Part shown: positions 48,946 to 58,527 of the stretch, one piece after another | Numbering within the stretch: the first letter of the stretch is position 1 | Layout: every line of letters starts with the position of its first letter | DNA from: a virus | IMG/VR virus record: IMGVR_UViG_3300025417_000566 | Span: 1-64,000 of that record | Direction: 5' to 3' (one strand) | DNA: 64,000 nt | The notes under the pieces: model-generated | What the model was told of the DNA's origin: nothing | Seen by the model: the letters and a program-made list of their open reading frames with translations, nothing else | Database searches by the model: none | Position numbers and translations under genes: made by a program

Positions 48946-49899
48946 ATGAGTTACGCACAATATGGATTAGTACAGGCAACTGACTTTAACACGTTCGTAG
49001 GTGGTAATCCAACCACTACATCTAATACACTAAACGCAGTTTGGGCAACAGGTGGTGGTAGTGCAGGATATGGACAAACATCAGTAGCAAACGTTGCTAC
49101 TGGTAACACAGTTGTCGCTACTGGACAATGGAACGCATTGGTTGCTAACACAGCAAGCGCCGCAACTCACCAAGGCTCATCAATTACAGCAGTAACAGCG
49201 CCTACAGCAGGTGGTACAATTACATATCTTAGTGCTATCCCAACTAACCTATCAACAATTTACACAAATAAATTGAATGCCGCAAGTCAAGGCTCAACTT
49301 CTTCAAACACAGCAACTTTTGGTAGCACATGGAGTAGTGCATTAACATTTACATTTAGTGCATCATTTGCGAACGGTGACGCCGCACGTTATTTCTTTAA
49401 CGCAGGTGGTCAATTAAAACTAACTTGTTCACACCCAACAGGTACAGGTATTAATTTACTGTTGAACAACTTAGCAAGTAACGTTGGTACAGTTGTTATG
49501 AGCGCACCAAGTTCAGGTTCTGTATCTATTGCAAGTACTTCATTTAATGGTATTACTAAGATCGGTGGCGGTGGTAACTCTCCAACAATCAGCACAAACA
49601 GTGGATACTATGCGATGACCACATCAAACGTCACAGTATTCACACAAACAGCGTCAACAGGTCCTTCTGGATATTTGGCAACAAACATCAAGTTTATTGC
49701 TAAGTCAAACGGTACTGTTGGTTCAAACGCTGACGCAGGTAACGTAATTACCATTTATTCAACATGGACTGAAATCCCAACTGGATTGGTTGCAAGTTCT
49801 GGTTCTGCTGTAACTCTTACAGTTGTACCACCAGAAACAACTAATATTGCCAATACTTGGGGTACTATTACATTAACCGGTTCAGTAACAGGTTCATAA
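48946..49899 (+). CDS. Virion structural protein (T/S/G-rich; fibre-like)
   Basis: GYGQ and AARYFFNAGG motifs; composition and context. Confidence 0.55.
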   Translation: MSYAQYGLVQATDFNTFVGGNPTTTSNTLNAVWATGGGSAGYGQTSVANVATGNTVVATGQWNALVANTASAATHQGSSITAVTAPTAGGTITYLSAIPTNLSTIYTNKLNAASQGSTSSNTATFGSTWSSALTFTFSASFANGDAARYFFNAGGQLKLTCSHPTGTGINLLLNNLASNVGTVVMSAPSSGSVSIASTSFNGITKIGGGGNSPTISTNSGYYAMTTSNVTVFTQTASTGPSGYLATNIKFIAKSNGTVGSNADAGNVITIYSTWTEIPTGLVASSGSAVTLTVVPPETTNIANTWGTITLTGSVTGS

Positions 49900-49926
49900 C
49901 ATTTTTAGGGTAGACGTTGTATCCAT

Positions 49927-49933
49927 CTAAATA
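49927..49933 (+). promoter_or_regulatory. Late promoter (CTAAATA) heading the enzyme cluster
   Basis: Intergenic, followed by AGGAG SD. Confidence 0.7.
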
Positions 49934-49949
49934 CTCATAGGAGTGTACG

Positions 49950-50255
49950 ATGGATACAAAACAATTAATTGCAGACGCCAAAGCCCGTTTCAGTCACAAT
50001 TCTGCCAAAGCATATCTAGCAGAAAAATACCGTAACAAACTACTTGTCGCAGAACAAGGCGGCTTATGGAAAGCCGACGGTGAAACCATTACCTTATTAA
50101 CCTCAATCAATTCAAAACGAGCAGTACTTATTGATACTTTTGACAATCCAGTAGAAGTTGACCGTAACGTATTATTAACTAAACTAAAAGAAGTCTATTC
50201 AGAAGTCATGGATCAATGGCTAAAAGAATGGAAAGAACTAGAGGCTAAACGATGA
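49950..50255 (+). CDS. Hypothetical protein (101 aa)
   Basis: Strong SD; ATGA overlap with the next gene. Confidence 0.7.
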   Translation: MDTKQLIADAKARFSHNSAKAYLAEKYRNKLLVAEQGGLWKADGETITLLTSINSKRAVLIDTFDNPVEVDRNVLLTKLKEVYSEVMDQWLKEWKELEAKR

Positions 50256-51058
50256 GTAGAGGGGCAATATTATTTGCTTTTAACTCACCTAAATATGATT
50301 ATTATGCAATGGCTAAGTACACAGCCAAACGCATTAATCATTTCTTAGACTTGCCAGTTACAATTGTAACTGACGAACAATCATTGCCGAAAACAGAAGA
50401 CTATGTTTGGGATAGTATTGTAACAACCACTCCAGATAAAAATAATATCAGAGACTATGGTGTTTGGATTAACAAGGGTAGATATCAAGCATATGAATTC
50501 AGCCCATATGAAGAAACATTATTATTAGATGCTGACTATGTTGTAAACTCAGATAAGTTATTGAAAACCTTTGAGTTTTACGATGACTTTTGCTGTCACA
50601 ATAAAACAAACTTTTTAATGCATCCTGGCGTACCCCAAGAAGTATTAAGTGTTTATAGTTATGAAACACTTTGGGCAACTGCCGTAACCTTTAAGAAAAG
50701 TAAACGGGCAGAGCAAATTTTTAACTGTTTAGAAATGGTACAAAATAATTATGATCACTACGCTAATATTCATAGTTTCATTGGTGGAGTATATCGTAAC
50801 GACTATGCACTTACTTTGGCTCTTCGCATTGTTAATGGTCATAGTACTAATCCTAGAGATATAATACCCTGGGACTTAGTACACGTAGGTAAAAACACTA
50901 GTGTGTATGCAAATAGTAATGATGAGTTTAATACTGAATACACAGTAATGTTTGACAATTGGCAACGTGGCAAGATTCGTAAAGAATATATTACAATTAA
51001 AGACATGGACTTTCATGTAATGAATAAAGATAACTTTGTGGAGATGATTAATGAATAA
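50252..51058 (+). CDS. GT-A fold (GT8-like) glycosyltransferase
   Basis: SPYEETLLLDADY contains a DxD motif; RND and FHVMNK motifs. Confidence 0.6.
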   Translation: MSRGAILFAFNSPKYDYYAMAKYTAKRINHFLDLPVTIVTDEQSLPKTEDYVWDSIVTTTPDKNNIRDYGVWINKGRYQAYEFSPYEETLLLDADYVVNSDKLLKTFEFYDDFCCHNKTNFLMHPGVPQEVLSVYSYETLWATAVTFKKSKRAEQIFNCLEMVQNNYDHYANIHSFIGGVYRNDYALTLALRIVNGHSTNPRDIIPWDLVHVGKNTSVYANSNDEFNTEYTVMFDNWQRGKIRKEYITIKDMDFHVMNKDNFVEMINE

Positions 51059-51797
51059 AGGATTTGTTATCATGGCACAAGGTGACGATTATGTTAAGTG
51101 TGCCGAAGTATTAAAGAAAAACATTAAGCGTACTATGCCTAAAGCCAAAGTAACTATCATTACAACTGATATGCTACCCTATGGTGATCAAGCACCTGAT
51201 ACTAATTGGAAACTACAAAACGATTGGCAAGTATATGAAGCCAGTCCATATGAATATACAATCAAACTAGAAGCAGATATGTATTTACCGCGATCAATTG
51301 ATTATTGGTGGGACGTATTGCAACATAGAGATATGGTTGTTAGTACTACAATTAGAAACTTTAAACAAGAAATTAGTGATATCAAGGCATATCGTAGATT
51401 TATCTATGATAATAAACTACCTGACACATACAATAGCATTACTTACTTTAAGAAATCTGACACAGCACAGCAATTTTATGAAATTGTTCGTGATGTTTTT
51501 GAGAACTGGCCTTTCTATCGCAACTCACTACAATGTAACAAAGATGAATTGGCTACAACAGATTGGGCATATGCGATTGCTAGTCATATCATTGGCGCAG
51601 AGAAAACAACATTACCCCAGTTTACTGATATGAGCATGATTCACATGAAACAATTTATTAATGGAACTCCTACACAAGATTGGAGAGATGTTTTATTATA
51701 TGAAGTATCCAAAGATTCGTTGAGGGTAAACACAATTCCCCAAATGTATCCTTTTCACTATCATATGAAAGACTTTTGTGATAACATTAAGGTATAA
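51051..51797 (+). CDS. GT-A fold glycosyltransferase paralogue (ExD variant)
   Basis: SPYEYTIKLEADM aligns with the previous gene; FKKSDTAQQF matches FKKSKRAEQI. Confidence 0.55.
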   Translation: MNKGFVIMAQGDDYVKCAEVLKKNIKRTMPKAKVTIITTDMLPYGDQAPDTNWKLQNDWQVYEASPYEYTIKLEADMYLPRSIDYWWDVLQHRDMVVSTTIRNFKQEISDIKAYRRFIYDNKLPDTYNSITYFKKSDTAQQFYEIVRDVFENWPFYRNSLQCNKDELATTDWAYAIASHIIGAEKTTLPQFTDMSMIHMKQFINGTPTQDWRDVLLYEVSKDSLRVNTIPQMYPFHYHMKDFCDNIKV

Positions 51798-51800
51798 TAA

Positions 51801-52154
51801 ATGACAGAAGCCAAAGAAGAAGATTACGTATTATTTTGGGAAGCACCCAAAATTGAAAAACCTGAATTCAGACTTTACTATGACGCAAAAGGCAGTGTTG
51901 TTTGTTATACTTGTGAAAAGTTAGACGGGGATTATATTGTAATTGATGCACTTACTTATGCAGAAGGACGCCCCGATGTTCGTGTTGTTAACGGAAAATT
52001 AGTAAAAATTAACAACAATGCAGTAGTAAGTAAATTAGTTCCTGATGAAGAAGAAGGTCAACTTTGTTCTATTGATGATGTTAGTATCATCGTTACAAAG
52101 AAAGACAAAGTAAAAAAACAAAAATGGAAATTAGCAACTTATGAACTCGGATGA
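51801..52154 (+). CDS. Hypothetical protein (117 aa)
   Basis: Tightly packed within the operon. Confidence 0.65.
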   Translation: MTEAKEEDYVLFWEAPKIEKPEFRLYYDAKGSVVCYTCEKLDGDYIVIDALTYAEGRPDVRVVNGKLVKINNNAVVSKLVPDEEEGQLCSIDDVSIIVTKKDKVKKQKWKLATYELG

Positions 52155-53094
52155 TATTGTTGATGTAGCAGACTTAGATTGCATTTATCTAAGTTATGAC
52201 GAACCACAGAAAGAAGAATTTTGGTTAAAGATTAAGAACATGGTTCCTTGGGCAAAGCGTGTTGATGGGGTCAAAGGTAGTGATGCCGCACACAAAGCCG
52301 CAGGTGAGGCAAGTGAAACAGAACGTTTTATTCTTATTGACGGTGACAACATGCCTGATGAAGAATTCTTCAACATTCAGTTAGACTTTACTGATAAGAG
52401 TCCTAACTATAAACAAGCACAGTTTCGTTGGAAAGCAGTTAATGCTATCAACGGACTACGATACGGTAACGGTGGCATGAGCAGTTGGACAAAGACTTAT
52501 GTTGCTAATATGAAAACACACGAAAATCAAAATGAAGGTGATGTTTCACGTATTGCTGACTTTTGTTTAGATAGCGCAGACAACTTATACTGGGCTATGT
52601 ACGATTGCTATAGCACGACCTACCCTAATTACACTCCCTTTCAGGCTTGGCGTGCAGGTTTTCGTGAAGGTGTCAAGATGTGTTTGAATCGCGGTGCTGT
52701 ACCCAGCATTGAAGAATTCAAAGAAACAGTTGCCAGTCGCAATCTAAACAACCTTACAATTTGGCACAATGTGGGCACAGATGTTGAGAATGGTATTTGG
52801 GCTATCTATGGTGCTAGATTAGGCACATACATGACTATGTTATCTGATTGGGATCATACTAATGTTCAATGGTTTGATAACTATATTGAAATGTGGGACC
52901 AATACAAAGACAGAGATCCTCAACACTCAGCAGAATTTTTTGGTGAAGCATTGAGTGACAAGTTAGGTCTACCTATCTGTACACTTAGCCCAGAACAAAG
53001 CAAGTTTTTCAAACGTCATTATAATAGTGATAAACATAACTTAGGTCCTTTAGTAACTGAAATGGATGTTATTCGTAGGATCGAAGGCTGGTAA
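52141..53094 (+). CDS. Putative GT-A fold glycosyltransferase
   Basis: YLSYDEP; GVKGSDAAHKAA...FILIDGDN with a DxD motif; AWRAGFREGVKM. Confidence 0.5.
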   Translation: MNSDDIVDVADLDCIYLSYDEPQKEEFWLKIKNMVPWAKRVDGVKGSDAAHKAAGEASETERFILIDGDNMPDEEFFNIQLDFTDKSPNYKQAQFRWKAVNAINGLRYGNGGMSSWTKTYVANMKTHENQNEGDVSRIADFCLDSADNLYWAMYDCYSTTYPNYTPFQAWRAGFREGVKMCLNRGAVPSIEEFKETVASRNLNNLTIWHNVGTDVENGIWAIYGARLGTYMTMLSDWDHTNVQWFDNYIEMWDQYKDRDPQHSAEFFGEALSDKLGLPICTLSPEQSKFFKRHYNSDKHNLGPLVTEMDVIRRIEGW

Positions 53095-54497
53095 TGTCAA
53101 ACGAAACAGATAGAATTAAACAGATTAAAATTCGTGTACAGAACGAATCTACACCTACATTCTGTTTGGCAAAGTGGCATCACGTTACAATGTACTTACA
53201 AAGTGGTGAGACGCATAGTTGTTATCATCCACGACCGCACAAGATTCCATTAGAAGAATTGCGTGACAATCCCAGTGCATTGCACAATACGCACGAAAAG
53301 AAATTAGAACGCAAAATGATGCTTGAGGGTAAAAAGCCTGAAGGGTGTCAATATTGCTGGAACATTGAAGCAATGGGACCTGACTATATCAGCGACCGTC
53401 ATATTCGCAACAGCAGTATCTTTACTGAAGAACGCTTTGAGCAAACAGCGAAAGGTCCTTGGGATCAAAATATCAATCCAGAATACTTAGAGATTAACTT
53501 TGGTAACGAGTGTAATTTCAAATGCGGTTACTGTCATCCAAAGTATAGTACAAGTTTCTATAAAGAGATTGAAAAGTTTGGTCCTGTTACTAATGTAAAG
53601 AATCATCGTTGCGACATTGACTGGATGAAACTATATCAACGTGAAGAAGAAAATCCTTATGTTGATGCGTTTTGGAAATGGTGGCCTGAACTGCGCAAGA
53701 CATTAAACATCATGCGTGTTACTGGTGGCGAACCCACACTTCATAAATCTACATGGCAACTGTTAGATAAGATTGAAGAAGAACCCATGCCTTGGCTTGA
53801 ACTAAACATTAACAGCAATCTTGGAACAAAGCCAGTTCTCATAGAACGTTTAGCAGACAAGGTCAAAAAGTTAGTAGACGAAAATAAAATTCAAAGTTTT
53901 AAATTGTTTACTAGCATGGATACATGGGGAGAACGTGCTGAGTATATTCGCACTGGGTTAGACTTAGAATTGTGGGAACAAAACTTTCACACTTATGTAC
54001 AACGTAGTAACAGCCCAATTACATTCATGATTACATTCAATATCTTTAGTGTGACTTCATTTAAGTCATTGCTTGAGAAGTTTTTAGAATGGCGTGAACA
54101 ATATGGTTGGTTTGAAGAAAAGTCACACGACAAACATAGAATTCGTTTTGATACTCCATACCTTCGTGACCCTATTCAATATGACATGAACATTCTTCCC
54201 AAAGAAGAGTTTATGCCCTATATGTATGAATCATTACAGTTTATGAAGGACAATGTAGACGATACTGCTAGTAACAAGTTTACAACAATAGAATATGAAA
54301 AGTTTAAGCGTGTAGTTGACTACATGGCTGAAACTAATTATGAAGAAAAGAAATTGATTGAAGGTCGTAGAGACTTTTACAACTGGTTCAATGAGTTAGA
54401 TGATCGCAGAGAAAATGACTTATTAACCGTGTACCCAGAAATGTTGGAGTTTTATAGATTATGCCAGGAAACCAGCCTAACGAATCCTCTTTCGTAA
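53094..54497 (+). CDS. Radical SAM protein 1 with N-terminal twitch/SPASM-like domain
   Basis: CNFKCGYC and GGEPT; N-terminal FCLAKW, SCYH and CQYC. Confidence 0.9.
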   Translation: MSNETDRIKQIKIRVQNESTPTFCLAKWHHVTMYLQSGETHSCYHPRPHKIPLEELRDNPSALHNTHEKKLERKMMLEGKKPEGCQYCWNIEAMGPDYISDRHIRNSSIFTEERFEQTAKGPWDQNINPEYLEINFGNECNFKCGYCHPKYSTSFYKEIEKFGPVTNVKNHRCDIDWMKLYQREEENPYVDAFWKWWPELRKTLNIMRVTGGEPTLHKSTWQLLDKIEEEPMPWLELNINSNLGTKPVLIERLADKVKKLVDENKIQSFKLFTSMDTWGERAEYIRTGLDLELWEQNFHTYVQRSNSPITFMITFNIFSVTSFKSLLEKFLEWREQYGWFEEKSHDKHRIRFDTPYLRDPIQYDMNILPKEEFMPYMYESLQFMKDNVDDTASNKFTTIEYEKFKRVVDYMAETNYEEKKLIEGRRDFYNWFNELDDRRENDLLTVYPEMLEFYRLCQETSLTNPLS

Positions 54498-55762
54498 AAA
54501 AGTTATTGCTTGGTAAGAGCAAGACTTTTTGTATGATACCTTGGGTTCATTTGCACACTACACCCACCGGTGTAGCCGCGCCTTGCTGTATTGCAGAATC
54601 GTGCGCAACTCCTGACGGTGTTGGTGATTCTAAGACGCAAGGACTAATGGAATTAGTTAACAGCGAAAAGATGAATCAACTACGACTTGACATGTTGACT
54701 GGTAAAGAAAACATTGAATGTAGTAAGTGTTATAACCATGATGCTCAGGGCATTGATAGTTTTAGAACCACATCTAATGAGCAGTGGAAAAATGCTTTTG
54801 ATGACGTATTAGAAAATACCAATCTTGAAGATGGGTCACTAAAGAAATTCAAGATGCGTTACTTTGATATTCGTTTTAGCAATATCTGTAACTTTAAATG
54901 TCGCACATGTGGTTCAGCATTTAGTACTCAGTGGGAACAAGAAGATTTAAAGAGTGGAGTATTCTACGCAAAGATCATTCCAAAAAACAATAACAAAAAG
55001 TTCTTGCAAGACGTAGTAGATCAAATTCCAAATATGGAAGTTGCATACTTTGCAGGTGGTGAACCATTGATTACTGAAGAACATTATATTCTATTAGAAG
55101 AAATGATTCGCAGTAACCATACAGATATACTATTGCGTTACAATACTAACCTAAGTAATTTAAAATTTAAAGACAAAGACTTGCTTGGACTATGGAAACA
55201 CTTTAGTAAGAAAATTCAGATTTACGCAAGTATTGACCACTGCAAAGAACGTGCTGAGTATATCAGACATGGAACTGATTGGGGACAAGTTGAAACAAAC
55301 TTTATGCTTGCTAAACAAACGCCTTATGTTAATATTCAAATTAACACAGTATTGAGTGTGTTTAATTATTTGACTATTGATGAGTTTTATCAATACTTGA
55401 TTGACAAGAATATGTATACTAACAAAGATGCAGTATTCACATTGTACAATATGACAACTCCTGATCATTTAACATGTCATATCTTGCCACCTGAGTATAA
55501 AGCAAAGGGTGAAGAAAGTATCAACCGAGCAATTGCATACATGAAAACCAATAGATTTATTGACAAACATCTACAACAACTAGAAGTTGCTCCTGGTTGG
55601 GTAAATCACAAAGATAATTGGGATGAGCAAAAAGTTAAATTTAGAGAAGAAGTAAAAAGACTTGATATACTAAGGGGTGAATCATTTATGGAAACATTCC
55701 CTGAGATTGCAAATCTTTATATACCAGAACAACGAGTAAGAGCAAGAATGGCACCAGTATGA
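54461..55762 (+). CDS. Radical SAM protein 2 with N-terminal twitch/SPASM-like domain
   Basis: CNFKCRTC and GGEPL; FCMIPW, PCC and CSKC. Confidence 0.9.
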   Translation: MPGNQPNESSFVKKLLLGKSKTFCMIPWVHLHTTPTGVAAPCCIAESCATPDGVGDSKTQGLMELVNSEKMNQLRLDMLTGKENIECSKCYNHDAQGIDSFRTTSNEQWKNAFDDVLENTNLEDGSLKKFKMRYFDIRFSNICNFKCRTCGSAFSTQWEQEDLKSGVFYAKIIPKNNNKKFLQDVVDQIPNMEVAYFAGGEPLITEEHYILLEEMIRSNHTDILLRYNTNLSNLKFKDKDLLGLWKHFSKKIQIYASIDHCKERAEYIRHGTDWGQVETNFMLAKQTPYVNIQINTVLSVFNYLTIDEFYQYLIDKNMYTNKDAVFTLYNMTTPDHLTCHILPPEYKAKGEESINRAIAYMKTNRFIDKHLQQLEVAPGWVNHKDNWDEQKVKFREEVKRLDILRGESFMETFPEIANLYIPEQRVRARMAPV

Positions 55763-56994
55763 ACCTAGACAAAGAATTTTTATTGAATGAAAGCAAAACG
55801 TTTTGCATGTTCCCCTGGGTTCATCTTAATGTAACACCTAAAGGTGATATTTATCCTTGCTGTAGTAATGATTACACTAAGCCATTTGGAAACACTAAAA
55901 AGACTTCTCTTAAAGAAGCATTTAACAGTGACCAAATGAAACAGTTACGTTTAGATATGCTAAACGAAAAGAAAAACGATATTTGCACATTTTGTTATAA
56001 ACACGAAGAAGCAGGCCCACATAGTTTTAGAAACTACAGTAAAGAACAATTTAGCAAACGCTTTGATGAAATCGTTCCAACTACACAGGCTGATGGAACA
56101 GTAGAAGAATTCAAAATGCGTTACTTTGATATTCGTTTTAGCAATATCTGTAACTTCAAGTGCAGAACATGTGGTAGCGAATTCAGTAGTCAATGGGGTG
56201 CAGAAATGCAAAAGCACTTTGATGACAAACACCCAATTGTTATTCATGCTGACGATGGTAAGGGGACAGTACTACAAGAAGTATTGTCACATATTGAATA
56301 TATCGACCTCGCTTATTTTGCAGGTGGTGAACCATTGATTACTGATGAACATTATGTAATGTTGGAAGAAATGATTCGTTTGGGTAAAACTGACATTACA
56401 CTACGTTACAATACCAATGCAAGTAATATCAAGTATAAGAAACATGATATCCTAGACTTATGGAAATACTTTAAAAAGATCGAATTGAGTTGTAGTGTAG
56501 ATCATTATGGTGAACGAGCAGAATGGTTACGCAAGGGAACTGATTGGGGTAAAGTAGAAAACAATCTATTGACTTTCCGTGATTTAGATTACATTAGTTT
56601 CCAAATGAATACTGTGTTTAGTATTTTCAACTATAGCACTATTGGTGAATTTTATAGTTATTTAAAGAGTAAGAACATTGTAAGGCGTGAAGATTGGTAT
56701 CATAGTCTTTACCTAGCAGTTCATCCTAGTTACTATTGTGCTAAGAGTTTACCCAAAGAATTAAAAGTAGAGGCAAGTGCCAAAGCATTAGCCTGGGCAG
56801 AGGCAAATAAAGATGATAATACTTCATTGTCAAGATTGGTAACAGACGCAGTTAATTTTGCTAGCGACCGTGATCAATGGCACGAAGTTAAGGATCAATT
56901 TATAATGCATACCCGAAGTATTGACAGGATCAGAGAAGAAAACTTCTGGGAAGTTTTCCCCGAATTAAATAAGTTACAAGACTTAGAGGAATAA
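55759..56994 (+). CDS. Radical SAM protein 3 with N-terminal twitch/SPASM-like domain
   Basis: CNFKCRTC and GGEPL; FCMFPW, PCC and CTFC. Confidence 0.9.
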   Translation: MNLDKEFLLNESKTFCMFPWVHLNVTPKGDIYPCCSNDYTKPFGNTKKTSLKEAFNSDQMKQLRLDMLNEKKNDICTFCYKHEEAGPHSFRNYSKEQFSKRFDEIVPTTQADGTVEEFKMRYFDIRFSNICNFKCRTCGSEFSSQWGAEMQKHFDDKHPIVIHADDGKGTVLQEVLSHIEYIDLAYFAGGEPLITDEHYVMLEEMIRLGKTDITLRYNTNASNIKYKKHDILDLWKYFKKIELSCSVDHYGERAEWLRKGTDWGKVENNLLTFRDLDYISFQMNTVFSIFNYSTIGEFYSYLKSKNIVRREDWYHSLYLAVHPSYYCAKSLPKELKVEASAKALAWAEANKDDNTSLSRLVTDAVNFASDRDQWHEVKDQFIMHTRSIDRIREENFWEVFPELNKLQDLEE

Positions 56995-56996
56995 AC

Positions 56997-57254
56997 ATGG
57001 CAACTTTTGAAGCAGGAAATAAAGACGTAAGATTACAAGGTATGGTAAAAGACATCATGGCAAAGTATGTCGATAAAACACCTTTTACTGAAGAAATTTG
57101 TGATCAAATCATGGCAGATGTATTAGAAACATTTGGCAAAGAAGCCGATGCAAAGGTTATGATTGATACAGATACTAACGAAATTGAAATCACAGTACGT
57201 GATTTAATCAAAGTACCAATGACATTTTCATCACTAAAACTTTTCAAGGCATAA
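56997..57254 (+). CDS. Small acidic hypothetical protein (85 aa) within the radical SAM array
   Basis: GAGGA SD; fills the gap exactly. Confidence 0.75.
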   Translation: MATFEAGNKDVRLQGMVKDIMAKYVDKTPFTEEICDQIMADVLETFGKEADAKVMIDTDTNEIEITVRDLIKVPMTFSSLKLFKA

Positions 57255-57255
57255 G

Positions 57256-58527
57256 ATGGACAAGGCAGTAGTCAAAAATCTAGTAGAAAACGGTAAACAC
57301 TTTTGTGTGTTACCTTGGGTACACTTTCATGCATGGCCTGATAGCCGTGTAATGCCTTGCTGTGTTGCAGATAGCAACATGCCTGTGGCAAAGATTGAAA
57401 GTGATCAGTCTATCATTGAAATGATGAACAGCGAAGACTACAAAAAGATTCGCACAGCAATGATGAATGACGAGCCTGTTGAGGCTTGCAAACGTTGTTA
57501 TGACTTAGAATTAATGGGCACATGGACTATGCGCCAAAGTCATAACAAGCGCAGAGGTCTAGATTATGTTGACTACATCGGTGACGTTACAAATGATGAT
57601 GGCTCATTAAAAGAGTTTGAAATGAAATACATGGATATTCGTTTCAGTAATCTATGTAATATGAAATGTCGTAGTTGTGGCCCTGCATGTTCAAGTCAAT
57701 GGGCACAAGAGTTCATGGATCAACGTGGCGAAGAAGTATTCAAAGAGTACTTCCCTAATCAAAAAATTGTTGTTAACAACAACGAAGACCAAACACTTAT
57801 GCTTAAACTAAAGCCATATCTTGCTGATGTGACTGAAGTATATTTTGCTGGTGGCGAAATCATTATTACACCTGAGCATTACGAATGTTTAGACTATTGG
57901 ATTGAAAATGGATTAACAGATCAAGTTGAATTAAACTATACAACAAACTTCTCTTCATTGAAGTACAAGAAAAATGTAGACTTGATTGAATACTGGAGTA
58001 AGTTCCCCAACTTACAAGTATGGGCTTCATTAGATGCACATGGCGACCTTGCTGAATGTATTCGCAAGGGTACTGATTGGTCTAAGATTGAAGCAAACAT
58101 TCGTGAGATTAAAGAAAAAGTCCCGCATGTTAAGTTTCAAATCACTCCTACAATTAGTATTTGGAATGTGTTTGACTTCCCAGACTTCTTTGACTACATG
58201 ATTGAAAAAGGATTTATCGATACTAGCAGTAGTCCACGATTTAATCTTGCAACTAACCCATGGTATGCAAACATTATGATTCTACCTAAACACGTTAAGC
58301 GTAGACTAACAGAATTGTATAGAGTATACCAAGAAAAGTATAAAGATAACATTGATATCTATAATGGATTCAAAATGATTATCTATAACTTAAACGTGGG
58401 TGATGAAAACAAAGGTGGTATCTTAGAGTTCAAGCAGTTTAATGATGAACTTGACGGATTCCGTGATGAAAAACTTGAAAACATAGTACCAGAATTAAAA
58501 GAGGTTTATGAGTGGGCCGCAAGTTAA
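57256..58527 (+). CDS. Radical SAM protein 4 with N-terminal twitch/SPASM-like domain
   Basis: CNMKCRSC and GGEII; FCVLPW, PCC and CKRC. Confidence 0.9.
   Translation: MDKAVVKNLVENGKHFCVLPWVHFHAWPDSRVMPCCVADSNMPVAKIESDQSIIEMMNSEDYKKIRTAMMNDEPVEACKRCYDLELMGTWTMRQSHNKRRGLDYVDYIGDVTNDDGSLKEFEMKYMDIRFSNLCNMKCRSCGPACSSQWAQEFMDQRGEEVFKEYFPNQKIVVNNNEDQTLMLKLKPYLADVTEVYFAGGEIIITPEHYECLDYWIENGLTDQVELNYTTNFSSLKYKKNVDLIEYWSKFPNLQVWASLDAHGDLAECIRKGTDWSKIEANIREIKEKVPHVKFQITPTISIWNVFDFPDFFDYMIEKGFIDTSSSPRFNLATNPWYANIMILPKHVKRRLTELYRVYQEKYKDNIDIYNGFKMIIYNLNVGDENKGGILEFKQFNDELDGFRDEKLENIVPELKEVYEWAAS

Noticed and set aside
14599-49899. Bacterial T6SS or extracellular contractile injection system
   Set aside because: Portal, prohead protease, scaffold, gp46/gp47 and gp55 in the same window show it is a phage.
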